From the NCBI GenBank assembly GCA_036172245.1, contig JAYWIR010000008.1, positions 310,001 to 374,000 of the forward strand: 64,000 nt of DNA. Reading direction: 5' to 3'. The stretch comes from Raillietiella orientalis. Lineage: Eukaryota. This document shows, in pieces, positions 15,701 to 27,300 of the stretch. The translations under genes and the position numbers were made by a program. A model generated the notes under the pieces. The model did not search any database and had not been told where the DNA came from. It saw nothing but the letters and a program-made list of their open reading frames with translations. Every line of letters begins with the position of its first letter. The stretch's first letter is position 1.

Positions 15701-16782
15701 TGTATGTACCTGACAAAATGCACTTTGAAGCAACGCACATATGGAAAGGAGAAAAGTACCGATCTTATCAGGCAGCTCTTAAAAACGGAGGCAAAAAGAG
15801 AGCTATTTCTGAAAAATCTGGCAGAACATCTACTTCAGAGACTTTTTTACAGACAGATGGAAATACGGAAAATTCTTGTGGGGTTGCTAGGGATCTGCCA
15901 TGTTTATTTTGCTCACCTCCTCTATCGCCTTCCCCTTCAACAAATTTCAGTCAGTGTTTTCCCAGTTCTTTGGCAGAATTTGATCTGTTGCCCAGTTTTT
16001 TGAGCCGAACTTCTAATCCATCAGTGACTGGCTCTAATGCTGACCCTCTTCTTCCCGTCAATACAAGGACCATGCTTTCATCTTATCATCCATTCTCTTC
16101 TAGCATTAAAGATAAACACGAGTGCTCTGTGTCTGAACCCCAAATTCCCTCAAATCTTTTGCCCTGTGCAGGAACGGCGTCCCGGTTTCCTCCCAATTTT
16201 GTTAGTCTGCAGCATGCTCTGCAGCAATCTCAGCCAACACAGGACTTCTCGGATGTATCCACAGTTTATGATGCTGTACCCAAAGCTGACCTGTATGCGT
16301 ATTTTAGCAAACTAGAGGAAGTTGTTGAACTGCAAAATAATATTATTCTTTGTTTTTTGAGAAATACTGCTGCAAGAAGCAATTCTTCCTGGGCACCAGC
16401 AGCTGACCTGCCTATGACTACTTCTAGCATCAGTAATATAATGCCAACATTCTCTGTTCCTTTCCCACCAGGCTTAATGACGTGCTCAGTTGATACAGAT
16501 GCTATTCCAAGTTTATCAGGAACCGAAAATGAAGGGATTCTTTTATCAAATGACAGAAAGGATACTGAAGCTGCATTGCGCAAGCTTGTAGAATCATCTT
16601 GGTCATCTCATGGTCGTGAAACTGAAGGCAATACTTTTCAGAAAACTAACAAGCGATATGAAAAACAGCAGTCAAATGATTTCAGTGAGCATGCAGAGCC
16701 CACATGCTCACAATTGGATTCGTTAAAATTGAATGATATGCTTCTCAAGTCACTAATCCCTGATGAACGAGATCAGTCTTGA
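12714..16782 (+). CDS. Uncharacterised protein with at least 4 tandem ~80-90 aa OB/cold-shock-like repeats and a Ser/Pro-rich C-terminal region; exons 12714-12880 and 14706-16782; 5' exon(s) not located
   Basis: The 664-aa ORF extends back to acceptor tatag|14706. Upstream exon 12714-12880 (ttag|GCT...AA|gtaatt) joins in phase 2 and completes repeat 1. Repeats share G-I-I...G-I-F...G-K-E...L..G(D/E)-V-F-(D/E/T)-A...KW-A..(V/I)WKG. Confidence 0.8.
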
Positions 16783-16982
16783 TTATAAGGTTTTTGAAAA
16801 TTTTAAAGTAAGTAACAGCTGTGTTCAGTTCAATTCAGGATTTAATCAGCTCAATTTGTTGAGAAGACATTCGAATTCATTCCATATGCAGAAATTGTTT
16901 CTATAAAAAGGATTGTAAAATTGGTTTTAAATTACAATAAGCTAGATGAATCAGGCTGAGAAATGAGTCAGTGACATGAAAA

Positions 16983-17120
16983 GTGTATACATATGCATGC
17001 AGTGTGTGCGCGCGTGCGTGTGTGTGTTCGTCTATTTATTATACATATATACACTGTATGTATATATACATACATGCATGTATGTATGTGTGTATATCAT
17101 ATACATGCACACGCACATAT
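16983..17120. repeat. Alternating purine-pyrimidine (TA/TG/CA) low-complexity tract in the 3' flank of the OB-repeat gene
   Basis: gtgtatacatatgcatgc...gtgtgtgcgcgcgtgcgtgtgtgt...atacatatatacac. Confidence 0.75.
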
Positions 17121-17229
17121 AATAAACTTCAGTGTTACAAGCAGATATTTTGATAGTCATTAAATTTATTATATCATTTAGTAGTACGTATTTTATTTTT
17201 ACAAGTATTATGTTTTATCAAAGTGCACT

Positions 17230-17945
17230 GTCGGTAGTTGACTTTGAACTTGTACGTTTTTAGAATAACAGTAGGATCATAGGTATCGCGATTATATTCA
17301 ATACCTGATTTTCATTAAGCGCTGCTAATTGCACGTCCAATCATGGACGGATTGCTGTTGGTTTGCAAAGATAATACGTAATTTCCTGTGCGAGATTGTT
17401 GGATACAATACGACTCCATCATACCGGCCTAATGACCGCGTTAAATTAGGCGTGAAGGATGTTTACGTTTTGCCGAAACGGCTGATTTCAATTTGAAGTG
17501 CGTCTTCCACTTCCGGATCGTCGCCGCCAACGTAAAAGGGGGCCCCCCCCCCCGTCGCAGAGCCCCCTTGTCGCCGGCGTGAGAGCCGCCAGCCTGCCAG
17601 TTGGTATGAACACCGTCTGTGCAGAGCCACCTGTCGGTCGGCCGCTTGTCGAGTGCGCGTGGTATTTCACGCGCGGGGCGCTTCTCGTTCGAAAGTTCTG
17701 CACTCACCCGGAAGGGGTTGGCCCCCAACCCCATTCGCCCTACCAAGCGTGAAGAATGCTGCGGTGCAGATGACGGGTCACGCACTTCGAATGGGATGCA
17801 GAGGCACGCAAAGGTCATCGTTCGACCAATCGAAATTCTCAAGGTGGTTCGATGCAGACGAGAGGACTCGCGCCAGGGAGCTCCTTTTCAAATGGCCCGA
17901 GGCAGGTCCCCCCCCCCTTCCTCTCCTCCCCCCCCCACCTTCCTT
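17230..17945. promoter_or_regulatory. Local CpG/GC-rich island about 1 kb upstream of the AACS ATG (candidate promoter or old insertion)
   Basis: Abrupt CpG-dense patch with C-runs (17543-17553, about 17908-17940) embedded in AT-rich CpG-poor flanks. Confidence 0.4.
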
Positions 17946-19012
17946 TAAATTTAAGTATTCTTTTGGGAAATTGTTGAAGACTTGAGCTTCTCATCAAATA
18001 GATTGCTTCATGAGGATATGTACATCAAGTAGATTGTTTTAATACGATAAGTACGATATGATGATTGCATTTATTTTGTCCGGGTTTCATTATTGATGGT
18101 ATAAAGGAATTGTTGGACTGGTTAAGAGTAGGATGTCATAAAATTGTTTTGCACAAACTTTGCTATGACATCATCCAATTGGTTTTACGATTTGAAGTTA
18201 CGTACAGAGCTGTTTGCAGTATTATGGCTTTTGTATATATATATATCTTATTATAATTTTTTTTTTTTTTGAGGTGATTCGCACTTGAGCTCGACATAAC
18301 TTAAAAGTGTTTTAAGAGGATTTTGAAAAATTTTCATTCAGTTATGAATTAATATATTCAATGCCATATTGGTGCAGATTTGAAATTATGATTTACCATG
18401 TACTTAGTTCAATATCCTTGAGTATATACTCTTATCTGTGATATCTGTCAATACTTGTTTGTATCATATATTTCAATGTTTTGTTAATTAAGAACAGTGT
18501 ACAAAAAATGAAAACCTGACATTGTATGTATTTGGTATGGAATATTTTATTAAGCATGCGTACACTTCTGTATGTATGTATATATTATATGTGTGTGTAA
18601 ATAAACTCTGATTTTGAGTGTGTAATGGTTTGTCACTTCTTTGAGATATGTTGAATCACGAAAGAAAACATTTTTGTCAAGCCCTCTTCAGTGTATACAT
18701 GTTTACAGTATTTTCATGTACCAAAATATTCCTAAATAAAGTTTTTTTTTTGTCATATCCGTAAAGGCTATGAAGGAATTATTTATTTTTCCAAATTTAT
18801 TGGCCTCATAAGCTGGTCTTCGTATGAAATGCGTAAATGTGTACCCAAATTTTAAAAAATTTTCAGTGTTGTCAGATGCCTTGACTGTATTGTTAGCCAT
18901 AATTAGATTTTTAGCAATGATAGAGTTGTTTTTGTAGCCTTGAAAATTTTCTGGTTTTATGTGTAATATTTTAAAAAAAGCCATTGGTATCTGAGTTGTC
19001 CATTTCCTAACC

Positions 19013-21478
19013 ATGAAGGAACAAAGACTGTGGCATCCCAAAGATTTCCATTCCTCTCATATGATGAAATTACTCCAGAGAATAAAAGAAGTATATCATC
19101 TCTCCATAGGTATTCCTCATTCGATGTTATGGTTACCTTGCGATTGCAGATAATTATTCTGACTTGTACAAGTGGTCAGTAAGTAATATTGAAGAGTTCT
19201 GGAAAGAAGTATGGGATTTTTGCGGTGTTGTTCACTCCACCAAATATGACAAAGTGCTGACGGAGTATGAAAAAATGAGTGACATCCCTTCTTGGTTCCC
19301 AGGAGCAAGACTTAACTATGCTGAGAATTTATTGAGATACAAAGATGAGCATGTTGCATTACTAGCAACAAGTAAGGCTTTTAATAGGTTTGGAAGTAAG
19401 CACTTCTGTAGAGGAAGATGGGATAATCGAGACATTAAGCTATCACGAATTGTATAATGACGTTACTGATCTGGCTTGTGCATTGAAAAATCATGGAATT
19501 AAGCCCTTGGATGTTGTTGTTTCGTATTTGCCGAATACTTGTGATACAGTTATTGCTATGTTAGCCACCACAAGTCTTGGGGCTATCTGGAGTGCTGTGT
19601 CACCTGATTTCGGAGTTTCTGTGGGTATTCAAATGTTAAGAATTGAGATATGCATAGAATATCTAGGCCGTGGTGGGAAGATTTGGGCAGATCCATCCTG
19701 TACTAATGTTTGCCACAGATGTCGTATATTATGGAGGCAAGGAGCACAAGCAGTTGGAAAAGCTTAATGCGTTAATTGCTCAGCTTCCAACCTTGAAAAC
19801 TGTAGTGGTAGTAACTAGAAATAATAATGTGGATGTTCATGGCATCCCCAAATGGTAACTTTAAATTCTGTATTTCCCATCACTTATGAGCAGCATTCTG
19901 CTTACTGCATTTTTAAAAAACAACCGACCTGAGATGAGGCATCCTAGTTGGTTTTTTCCACAGTTTCCGTTCAGTCATCCCCTGTTTGTGATGTTTTCAT
20001 CTGGGACTACTGGCGCACCAAAGTGCTTAGTGCACTCAGCAGGAGTAAGTAATGGGAAATGTGGAATTCGCACTAAATCAGGCATGGTGGAGGGTACGTT
20101 GATCCAACATCTTAAAGAGCATATGCTCCATGGAAACATCAGCCGTCGTGATGTCTTTCTGTATTACACAACAGTGAGTAAACAGAGATGATTATGTGAT
20201 TTTCTTGTAGACAGGTTGGATGATGTGGAATTGGGTCATCAGCTGCCTGGCTTTAGGTTGTACTATAGTGTTGTATGAAGGTTCTCCGTTTTATCCTACT
20301 TCAGAGATTCTTTTCGATCTGATTGATTCTTTAGGTGGGTAGAAAAGGGACGAACGTTCTGGTTGGCATTTGCAAAAATAATAGGCATCACTGTGTTTGG
20401 AACTAGTGCAAAATGGCTGTCTCTGGCTGAGGAGAAGGGCTTGGTGCCTTACCGAACTCATAGTTTGCATACTCTTCGCTGTATTTTGTCCACAGGATCT
20501 CCCCTAAAGCCACAGAGTTTTGAGTATGTGTATAGAGATGTAAAGACCGATGTTTTGTTAGGATCCATAACAGGTGGGTATCAGGTACATCATTCATGAG
20601 GCTCTGAAGGATACTTTCATAGGCGGCACTGATATCATTTCACTTTTCTGTGGACACAATGTGTGCACTCCCGTGTATCGAGGAGAAATTCAGGGGTGTC
20701 AGTTAGGAATGGCTGTAGAATGTTGGAATGAGAAAGGTATGCAAATCCAGGTACACAATTACTACTATTCATTTATTTTGATTAGGTGAACAAGTGTGGA
20801 ATGACAGAGGGGAACTTGTCTGTGTTAAGCCATTCCCTAGCATGCCTCTGTATCTATGGGGTGACATCGATCACCAGCTGTACAGGGATACCTATTTCAA
20901 AAAATTCGGTCATGTTTGGAATCAAGGAGATCTGTGCATGATAGTGGAGCATACCGGAGGTGTCTGCATGCTTGGACGTAGTGATGGCACTTTAAATCCT
21001 GGCGGTGTGCGATTTGGGAGTGCAGAAATCTACAATCTTGGTAAACGTTGGGCCTTCTGTTGGATGTGGTGTGATTATCATAGACAGTGGAATCTCTGCC
21101 AGAAGTACTTGACAGTCTTTGCATCGGACAGCTGAGTGAGAATACCGGTGAAGAACGTGTCTTGTTGTTTGTCCAGTTGGTGGAAGGGCTTAGTTTGCAT
21201 GCCGATTTGGAAAAAAGAATTCGACAGCTCATTCGTCAGCAGCTATCGGCACGCCATGTCCCTTCTTTGGTGCTGCAGGTTCCGGAAGTTCCGGTAAAAA
21301 TTTCCTGTTTCGACAAACCTTTATTTTCTTTTTGCAGTACACAGCAAATGGCAAGAAAATGGAGGTGATTGTCAAAAAGATAATTTCTGGCTTCTTTGAG
21401 CTTTCGTGTGCGCAGAGCATGGCAAATCCCACATCTCTCGAATGGTTTCAGAACTGTATGCATGTAAGAGGCTGGTAA
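19013..21478 (+). CDS. AACS: Acetoacetyl-CoA synthetase (AMP-binding family, sur-5-like); exons 19013-19109, 19150-19371, 19412-19620, 19667-19854, 19894-20044, 20093-20173, 20211-20334, 20385-20573, 20623-20736, 20786-21040, 21088-21293, 21338-21478; 658 aa
   Basis: Motifs '[14 protein letters not shown]', '[12 protein letters not shown]', '[18 protein letters not shown]', '[10 protein letters not shown]', 'LSTGSPL', 'SITGGTDI', '[20 protein letters not shown]', 'YTANGKKME'. 11 GT-AG introns of 37-50 nt; spliced length 1977 nt in frame. Confidence 0.95.
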
Positions 21479-23925
21479 CTTTGGATAGGCAGGACGTCAG
21501 CACATCCTACGATCAGCACCGATTGATTTGTTTGCACACTATGGATGTTTCAGTATTTACTGTGTCAGCTTTGCTCAATGTGAATTAGAACAAGTTTTTC
21601 TTTTTGTGTGGAGTTTTATCGTCATATAAGCACGTCGAAAGAAAAATGTTCTTTTGGGAAACTTGCGTTTTCTTGACACACAGTGACGGTCTCGACTTTC
21701 CGCACCTCGCTTCCGGTTTGTGAAGATATGTTGAGCTGGGGCAGACTGTTGGAAAAGATCACCGAAAATGCTGTTTCGGGTGTAACCTTCAGAATTGTGC
21801 ATCCTGCACGTTAGACTTGTGTTTGGAAGTTCCTATGCTTGTGGCACCCAGGAGTGTATTCCCGAAATTTCAGTTCGGGAAAAAGCTCCTCGCTGCTGGA
21901 AGGGTTCTTGAGGAATCCATCGGTATTCTTGAAAGAGGCGAGGCCAAACTTTGTTCCTCTATGTTCCTTCTCCTAAAGGCGCATTTTTGAAGTGTGGCGC
22001 GAGGATGGCGAAGTTCACTTTCCCACGTTGAGCCGACCCTTATTTTCCCGTGCGACGTCCTCGTCTTCTGCGAAGTGTGCGCGTTCTTCACTTACTCGGA
22101 AGGTGGTGGTCACCCGTCCCATCCAACTTGCACCCGTGCGAATCACAAGCCGAGATCGGTGCTTGAAAGGACTTCCGAATGTTACGATTTATTGTGTGTG
22201 TCCTTCTGCAGGCTGGATGTGTTCCTTGCTTTCCGTTTGAGGAGGAGCCCGTGCAGCAGCCATTTGGTGAGTGTGGAATCTCTTAAGGATTACCCACATA
22301 TCTCCAAAGCTTTGCGCCGTGTTTCTCCTCCTCCTTACCGCAGAGCACCTCTTTTCGTTCATCGCTCGTCCCGGGGACAAATGGTAGGCAAGTGGGGTTT
22401 CGTTCCAGGAAGTGCCTTTCGTCCGCGCAGCACTCCGTTTGGAATTGAATTTGTGCTTCCGTTCTCATCAAACACGAGCGCACGCGATTCTTCTTCAGCT
22501 TAGTGGATGTGAAAGACGAAAAGTTTTGTTTGGCAAGCAGCGATTTTTCACTTGCGGAATAAATCGTAAACAGAAGATCCGCGATCCATTTTATTGATTT
22601 ATTATGAAGCGTGTACGGAACGTTTTGAAAATTGGCCGGTTAAGCGGTAACTCATTAACCGAAGGAGCCTTGGTGGCACTGGATGGATCCAGTAGATCTC
22701 CCTATCGCCGGTGGATTTCTTCCCAAGTTGCGGGCAAGCAGTTTTAACGCGAGAGAGCTGTCGGAAAACCTCCAGAAAGGCGGGCGGCTCTAGAAAACCG
22801 CGAGCGTTCGCCGAAACGTGTTGGCCGATAGCGGCCCGACGTGCTCACCAGAAAGGCAGCCGTGGATTTACGACCGGTCCCTTCCCGAAAAGCGCGCCCA
22901 CCGGACTGCCGTTTCAGGGAGCGTTCGCGAAACGTCCGAAGACTTGCTGCCATCGGGAGGCGGCCGAGCTCACCGAAGACGAGGTCCACGGCCCGTGGGG
23001 TCTGGTATTCCCGCACGCCCGCCCGCCCCTCCGTGCTTCCCTTGAGTTATATTCCGGTAAACCATTCTCCGCTTGCTGAAAGCAAAACCTCGATTTTTTC
23101 TCCGAGTTTCCACTCGCTCTGATATGTTTACCATCCGAGGTATTAATCCTTGGACTCTGAAATTACCGCGCGCCCCTCCACAAGCAGGAATCCGTAATTT
23201 TAAGTTACGCAGAAACAACCGCTCGTTGTATCTGCCAATACTGGTTGGTGCCTAAGGCACCCGTTGGGAAGAAGGAAGACAAGGCAGTAAACATGCTGGA
23301 AGACCAAAGGTCTGCATAACCTGGCAATCTGGCAGTGAAATTCGGTGAGGCGGAAGAGTGCAGACGGCTTTATGTAAGTGTGCAGGGTTGCCCATCTGCC
23401 TCTTTACAACCTCGGTTGTAAAAGAGTTACTGCCATACGAATGTGCCGTCTGGATTACGCCATCTCCCCAACCGTTTTGAAAAGTTGGAGAGCTTAAAAG
23501 GCATCAGCTAACTCTACGCTGATTCCAACTCGGGAAAATTCGTTCCCGAAACCGCCCCTGCTAGGAAGAAACATGGCACTTTCTCAAACATGCCGCTGCT
23601 GGTGGACCGCTGTGCTAAGTGGAAAGCAACGGACAGATAAGCCACGCGGCTGGAGTCCACATTTCCCGTCTCTCTCCCGCCACGAATAAAAAAATAAGTG
23701 GGCAATGAAACTCGAGAGATACATTTTAATCCCTTGGGAATGCGCTGACGCTGTGAAAGTGGGTTCTTCACACAAAGCATCGGAACTGCGGAAAAAGTAC
23801 GCGCGTCGAACTTGGAAAGTGCTCATTCGATACCGCATCACTTTCTTATAGCAGCTGAAAGCTCCATCGGAAATGTGCTGTCTGTATATAGAACTATATA
23901 CGCAATACACAGATGTTTGTATTCG

Positions 23926-23958
23926 TATGTACAACACGTGTAAAAGGATATATGTACA
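23926..23958 (-). promoter_or_regulatory. Two Pumilio-type elements (UGUACAUA) in the presumed GAS2-like 3' UTR
   Basis: tatgtaca at 23926-23933 and 23951-23958 on plus = TGTACATA on minus, in a U-rich patch about 400 nt after the stop codon. Confidence 0.35.
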
Positions 23959-24349
23959 ACAAAAAAAAATACTGAAAAACAACGCCGGGCAGTTCCGTTC
24001 ACGATTCCTCCATGCGGACAAGCCGCTGGCTACTCTGGGAAACGGGAACACAAGGCCACGCAGGAAGAGAGGGGAGGGAGGTGAGTGGGAGGAACGTTGA
24101 TCTGGGACGCCTCTGGCTCAGCTTTCTGTGGGTTAGGGTGAGGAGTATGTCACGTTTCGGTGTTTCAGAGTTAAGTTGTCGCTGTATCTCTCGTGGGATC
24201 GACAGTCACGTTTGCAGCCTCGTTTTGGGGGAAACTGCTGGAAACCCTCGTCAGGCCAGACCTACTACTTCGTGAGGATCGACGACGTGGCCTTCTTGGA
24301 GGGCCTTCGAGACTCCGCACGCAACCGCGGGTTGAATGACCAACGAAAT

Positions 24350-27300
24350 TCAGTTACCGTAGAAAACTGGTAGGGGAATTCGGGAACCGGCTGACGTCAG
24401 TGACCCTCGCCGGTACTTGGGCGTGCTCGAAATGATCCCCTCGCTCTTCTGCGCCCGGTAATGCTGCAGCACGTTTTCCACCGCATGCAGGAGCTTGTCG
24501 TCGCTGTCGTGGGAAGGATTGTAAAGAGTCTGCAGTAGCAGCGGGGAAAGAGTCCTGTTGCGGCACTGTCGGGAGGGGGACACGGAGACAGCGCGCGTGC
24601 GCGCAAGGGGACCTTCCGCCGTCTTGCGGGTCTTCACCGAGCTGCTGACGCGGCTTCCTCGCCGGAAGGCTTGCGGCGTCGGCGGCGCCATGTCGCCGTC
24701 GAGGCGAGGTCCCTCCGCACAGCGTATCCCGCTGTTGCTGATTCGGTGCGAGGGTAAGGTTGGCGTGCCGGAAAGGTCCAGGGAGTTCTTGCGACCTCGG
24801 GAGCTGCTGCGATAACCTTCGTCGGAGCCTTCCGAGCCACTGTCCCCGACAGGAGACCTCGTCGTAGCAGGGCTGCTCACTCCCGACGACGTGGCGCCGC
24901 CGCGGTAGGACGACGACTCGTCCTGCGGGAAGATTCGTTCCGCTGCACGAGTTCCGCTCCCTCACCCCTTCCCACTCACGTCTTCGCGGGAGGAAGGCAG
25001 GGAACTCGCTACCAGAAGGCGCGAGACACACTCGGAAGCGTTCTTCAGGATGCTGTGCGGGGAAGACTTCTTGCTGCCGACGATGGGCGCACAGCCAGTG
25101 CTCGATCGCCTTCCACAGGAGGGAAAATCTTCCCTGGAGCAGAAAAGGGTGAGGATCGAGCAAACGAGGCCCCGGCTCGCTACCTCTCGTACTCTACGTG
25201 CATCTGAATGTCTTCTCCGTTGGGTGGGCTTTTCGCGTAAACACGGGAAGACAGCAACGTCCTGTGCCCTAGTGGGGGAAGAGACCAGGGAACTGTCTGT
25301 ACCTTGCTGACTTTGAAGTCGAAAGTCTCAAAAGAAGGTGGCAAAAAAAAAAAATAAATGAAAACGAAAGACGCTCCAAATCTGAGAAGGTTGTTCTAGC
25401 GAAGTTCTTTCCGAATTCCGAGCTGAATTCGGAGAACGATCTTAACTTTTCAAATGGAAAAAAAAAAAAAATTCTAGATTTTTTTAAAATAGAAAAGAGA
25501 GGGAAAGAGGTCTTATCCATGCGAAACACTCCGCGTCTTGTGGCATGCCAATCTTCAACCTCTTTCAAAGGCAGTGGGGACTCATGTCGGAGAGATGACT
25601 CGCGATCCCGGAAGTCCGCAAAGGCTGCCTACCTTGGTGACATCGGCAAGGGTCGTGTTTATCCAAATAGTGTTGCAAGGTGTCCCAGCCTCCACCTACT
25701 CGCACCATTACATGATTCCTGAGAACCTGAAGGGGCAGTGACCATCTGAAAGGGACCCGCTTACTCGAATGTATATCAGCACTTTGGTATCGCCGATTCG
25801 GTACTTTCCCTCGCTCAGCTTGATCATGGGAAACTGCACGGGACAGGTACACTTTTCGACGTGATCACGCACCTACAAAGGACAGGTTCAGAACTCGTTC
25901 ATCAGGCAAAAATCATCGCATCCGCATTCCATGTGAATGTGCGGTAGGCGGGCAACACGTTCCGCGTTATACGGGCCCAATGGGTTATTATATACGTGGA
26001 CACCATGTAAATCGTCTCTTCCTACGGTACGAAAGTGGAGCGATTCTTATTCCACTTTGAAAGAAGAGGGGAAAAACTTGTGGAGTGCTGATTTATTATT
26101 TAGAGAGCTTTGAAAGTTTGTCGATGTTTTTATGGGGTCTGAAGATCCTCTCTGGTCTCGGCTCGTATGTCGCGCCCGTCGCCGGAAAAAGTATCTTCCT
26201 GCACTGTTCTTCCCACGAAAACGTGAATGAAATGGGGTTCAACTCTCTCGGATCACATGTTAAGAACAGCTGAATCGACCATGAGCTCGAAACGTGCCCG
26301 CAGCGTGCTGAACGGGGAGGCTGCACCGAGGACTGTCGTTGCCGTGTCTTCGCCGCCGCCACCGCGTGATAGGAAGCCGCGTTGTACGGATGATGCCTAC
26401 CTGTACATATAATATTTGCGTTAGTCACAGGGGACCCGTACACAGAGTAAACAGTTCCCATTTGTTGTTGCTGTTGTGTTGCTTACTAATGGTTCACCAA
26501 TTCCACCCGAGTTTGTCGCAAATGAAAAGTCATTTAGAGCACGTTTGCGACACTAATGTGGCTGGAGGGACGCAACACAGGTGGACACGATGATGCAGGC
26601 CGTACGCCTGACACTGACAACAAAATGTCTAGGAGATACATCTTTTCCGCCGAGCAATCAAATTTAGAGTGTGCAATCCGCTCGATTCGGTGCGAGGTCT
26701 TCATCACAATCACAAAAGTTGGGAAACGGGCGTGAAACGTTCGGAAGAGTGAACGCTACCATTCCAAAGACATCGTGAATCTGCCAAGTTCGGCCACGTC
26801 CCATCTGGAAGCTGCAACTTGCGGACCTGAATCCCATCAGCGACCGTTCCAGAAGTTCCAAAAAGGTATCCGGCAGGCAGTCAGCAGCGCTTTGGGCATA
26901 CCGCCATACCGTTCTCCTTCGGTTCGAAAAACATCTGCAGGGTCGTTGCACAAACTTCCTTCTGCCGCCGCCTCTGCGTCCACGATCGGTAATTCAAGCT
27001 CGCAAGAGTTGAAGGAAGGCGACGCAACGTCAAGAGAAGCAGACGAAAGCAGGGAAAGCCCTGGATGTGAAGGCAGCTGGTAAATCGGAACAGAGCGACA
27101 AGAAACGCGTTCGAACCGGTCTGCACCCGGCGACCCGTAGGAACGGCAAGGAGCGACGGGGTGTCCCTGCGGCAGGGAAGTTACGACCGTGATGCTCCCG
27201 GCGGGTTATCTTTTGGACCGCATGCGGGCACGCAGCGACTTGTGCTCGTCGGAAGCGAAGTAGCTAATCCGAGGAGCAATATGGCAAGATGAATCGAAGC

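Noticed and set aside
23383..23426. cagggttgcc hAT-like terminus and small hairpin tttacaacc-tc-ggttgtaaa
   Set aside because: No convincing partner terminus or TSD; too short to call.
26775..27083. 102-aa antisense ORF nested in GAS2 intron 2
   Set aside because: GTG start, no clear splice sites, no recognisable motif.
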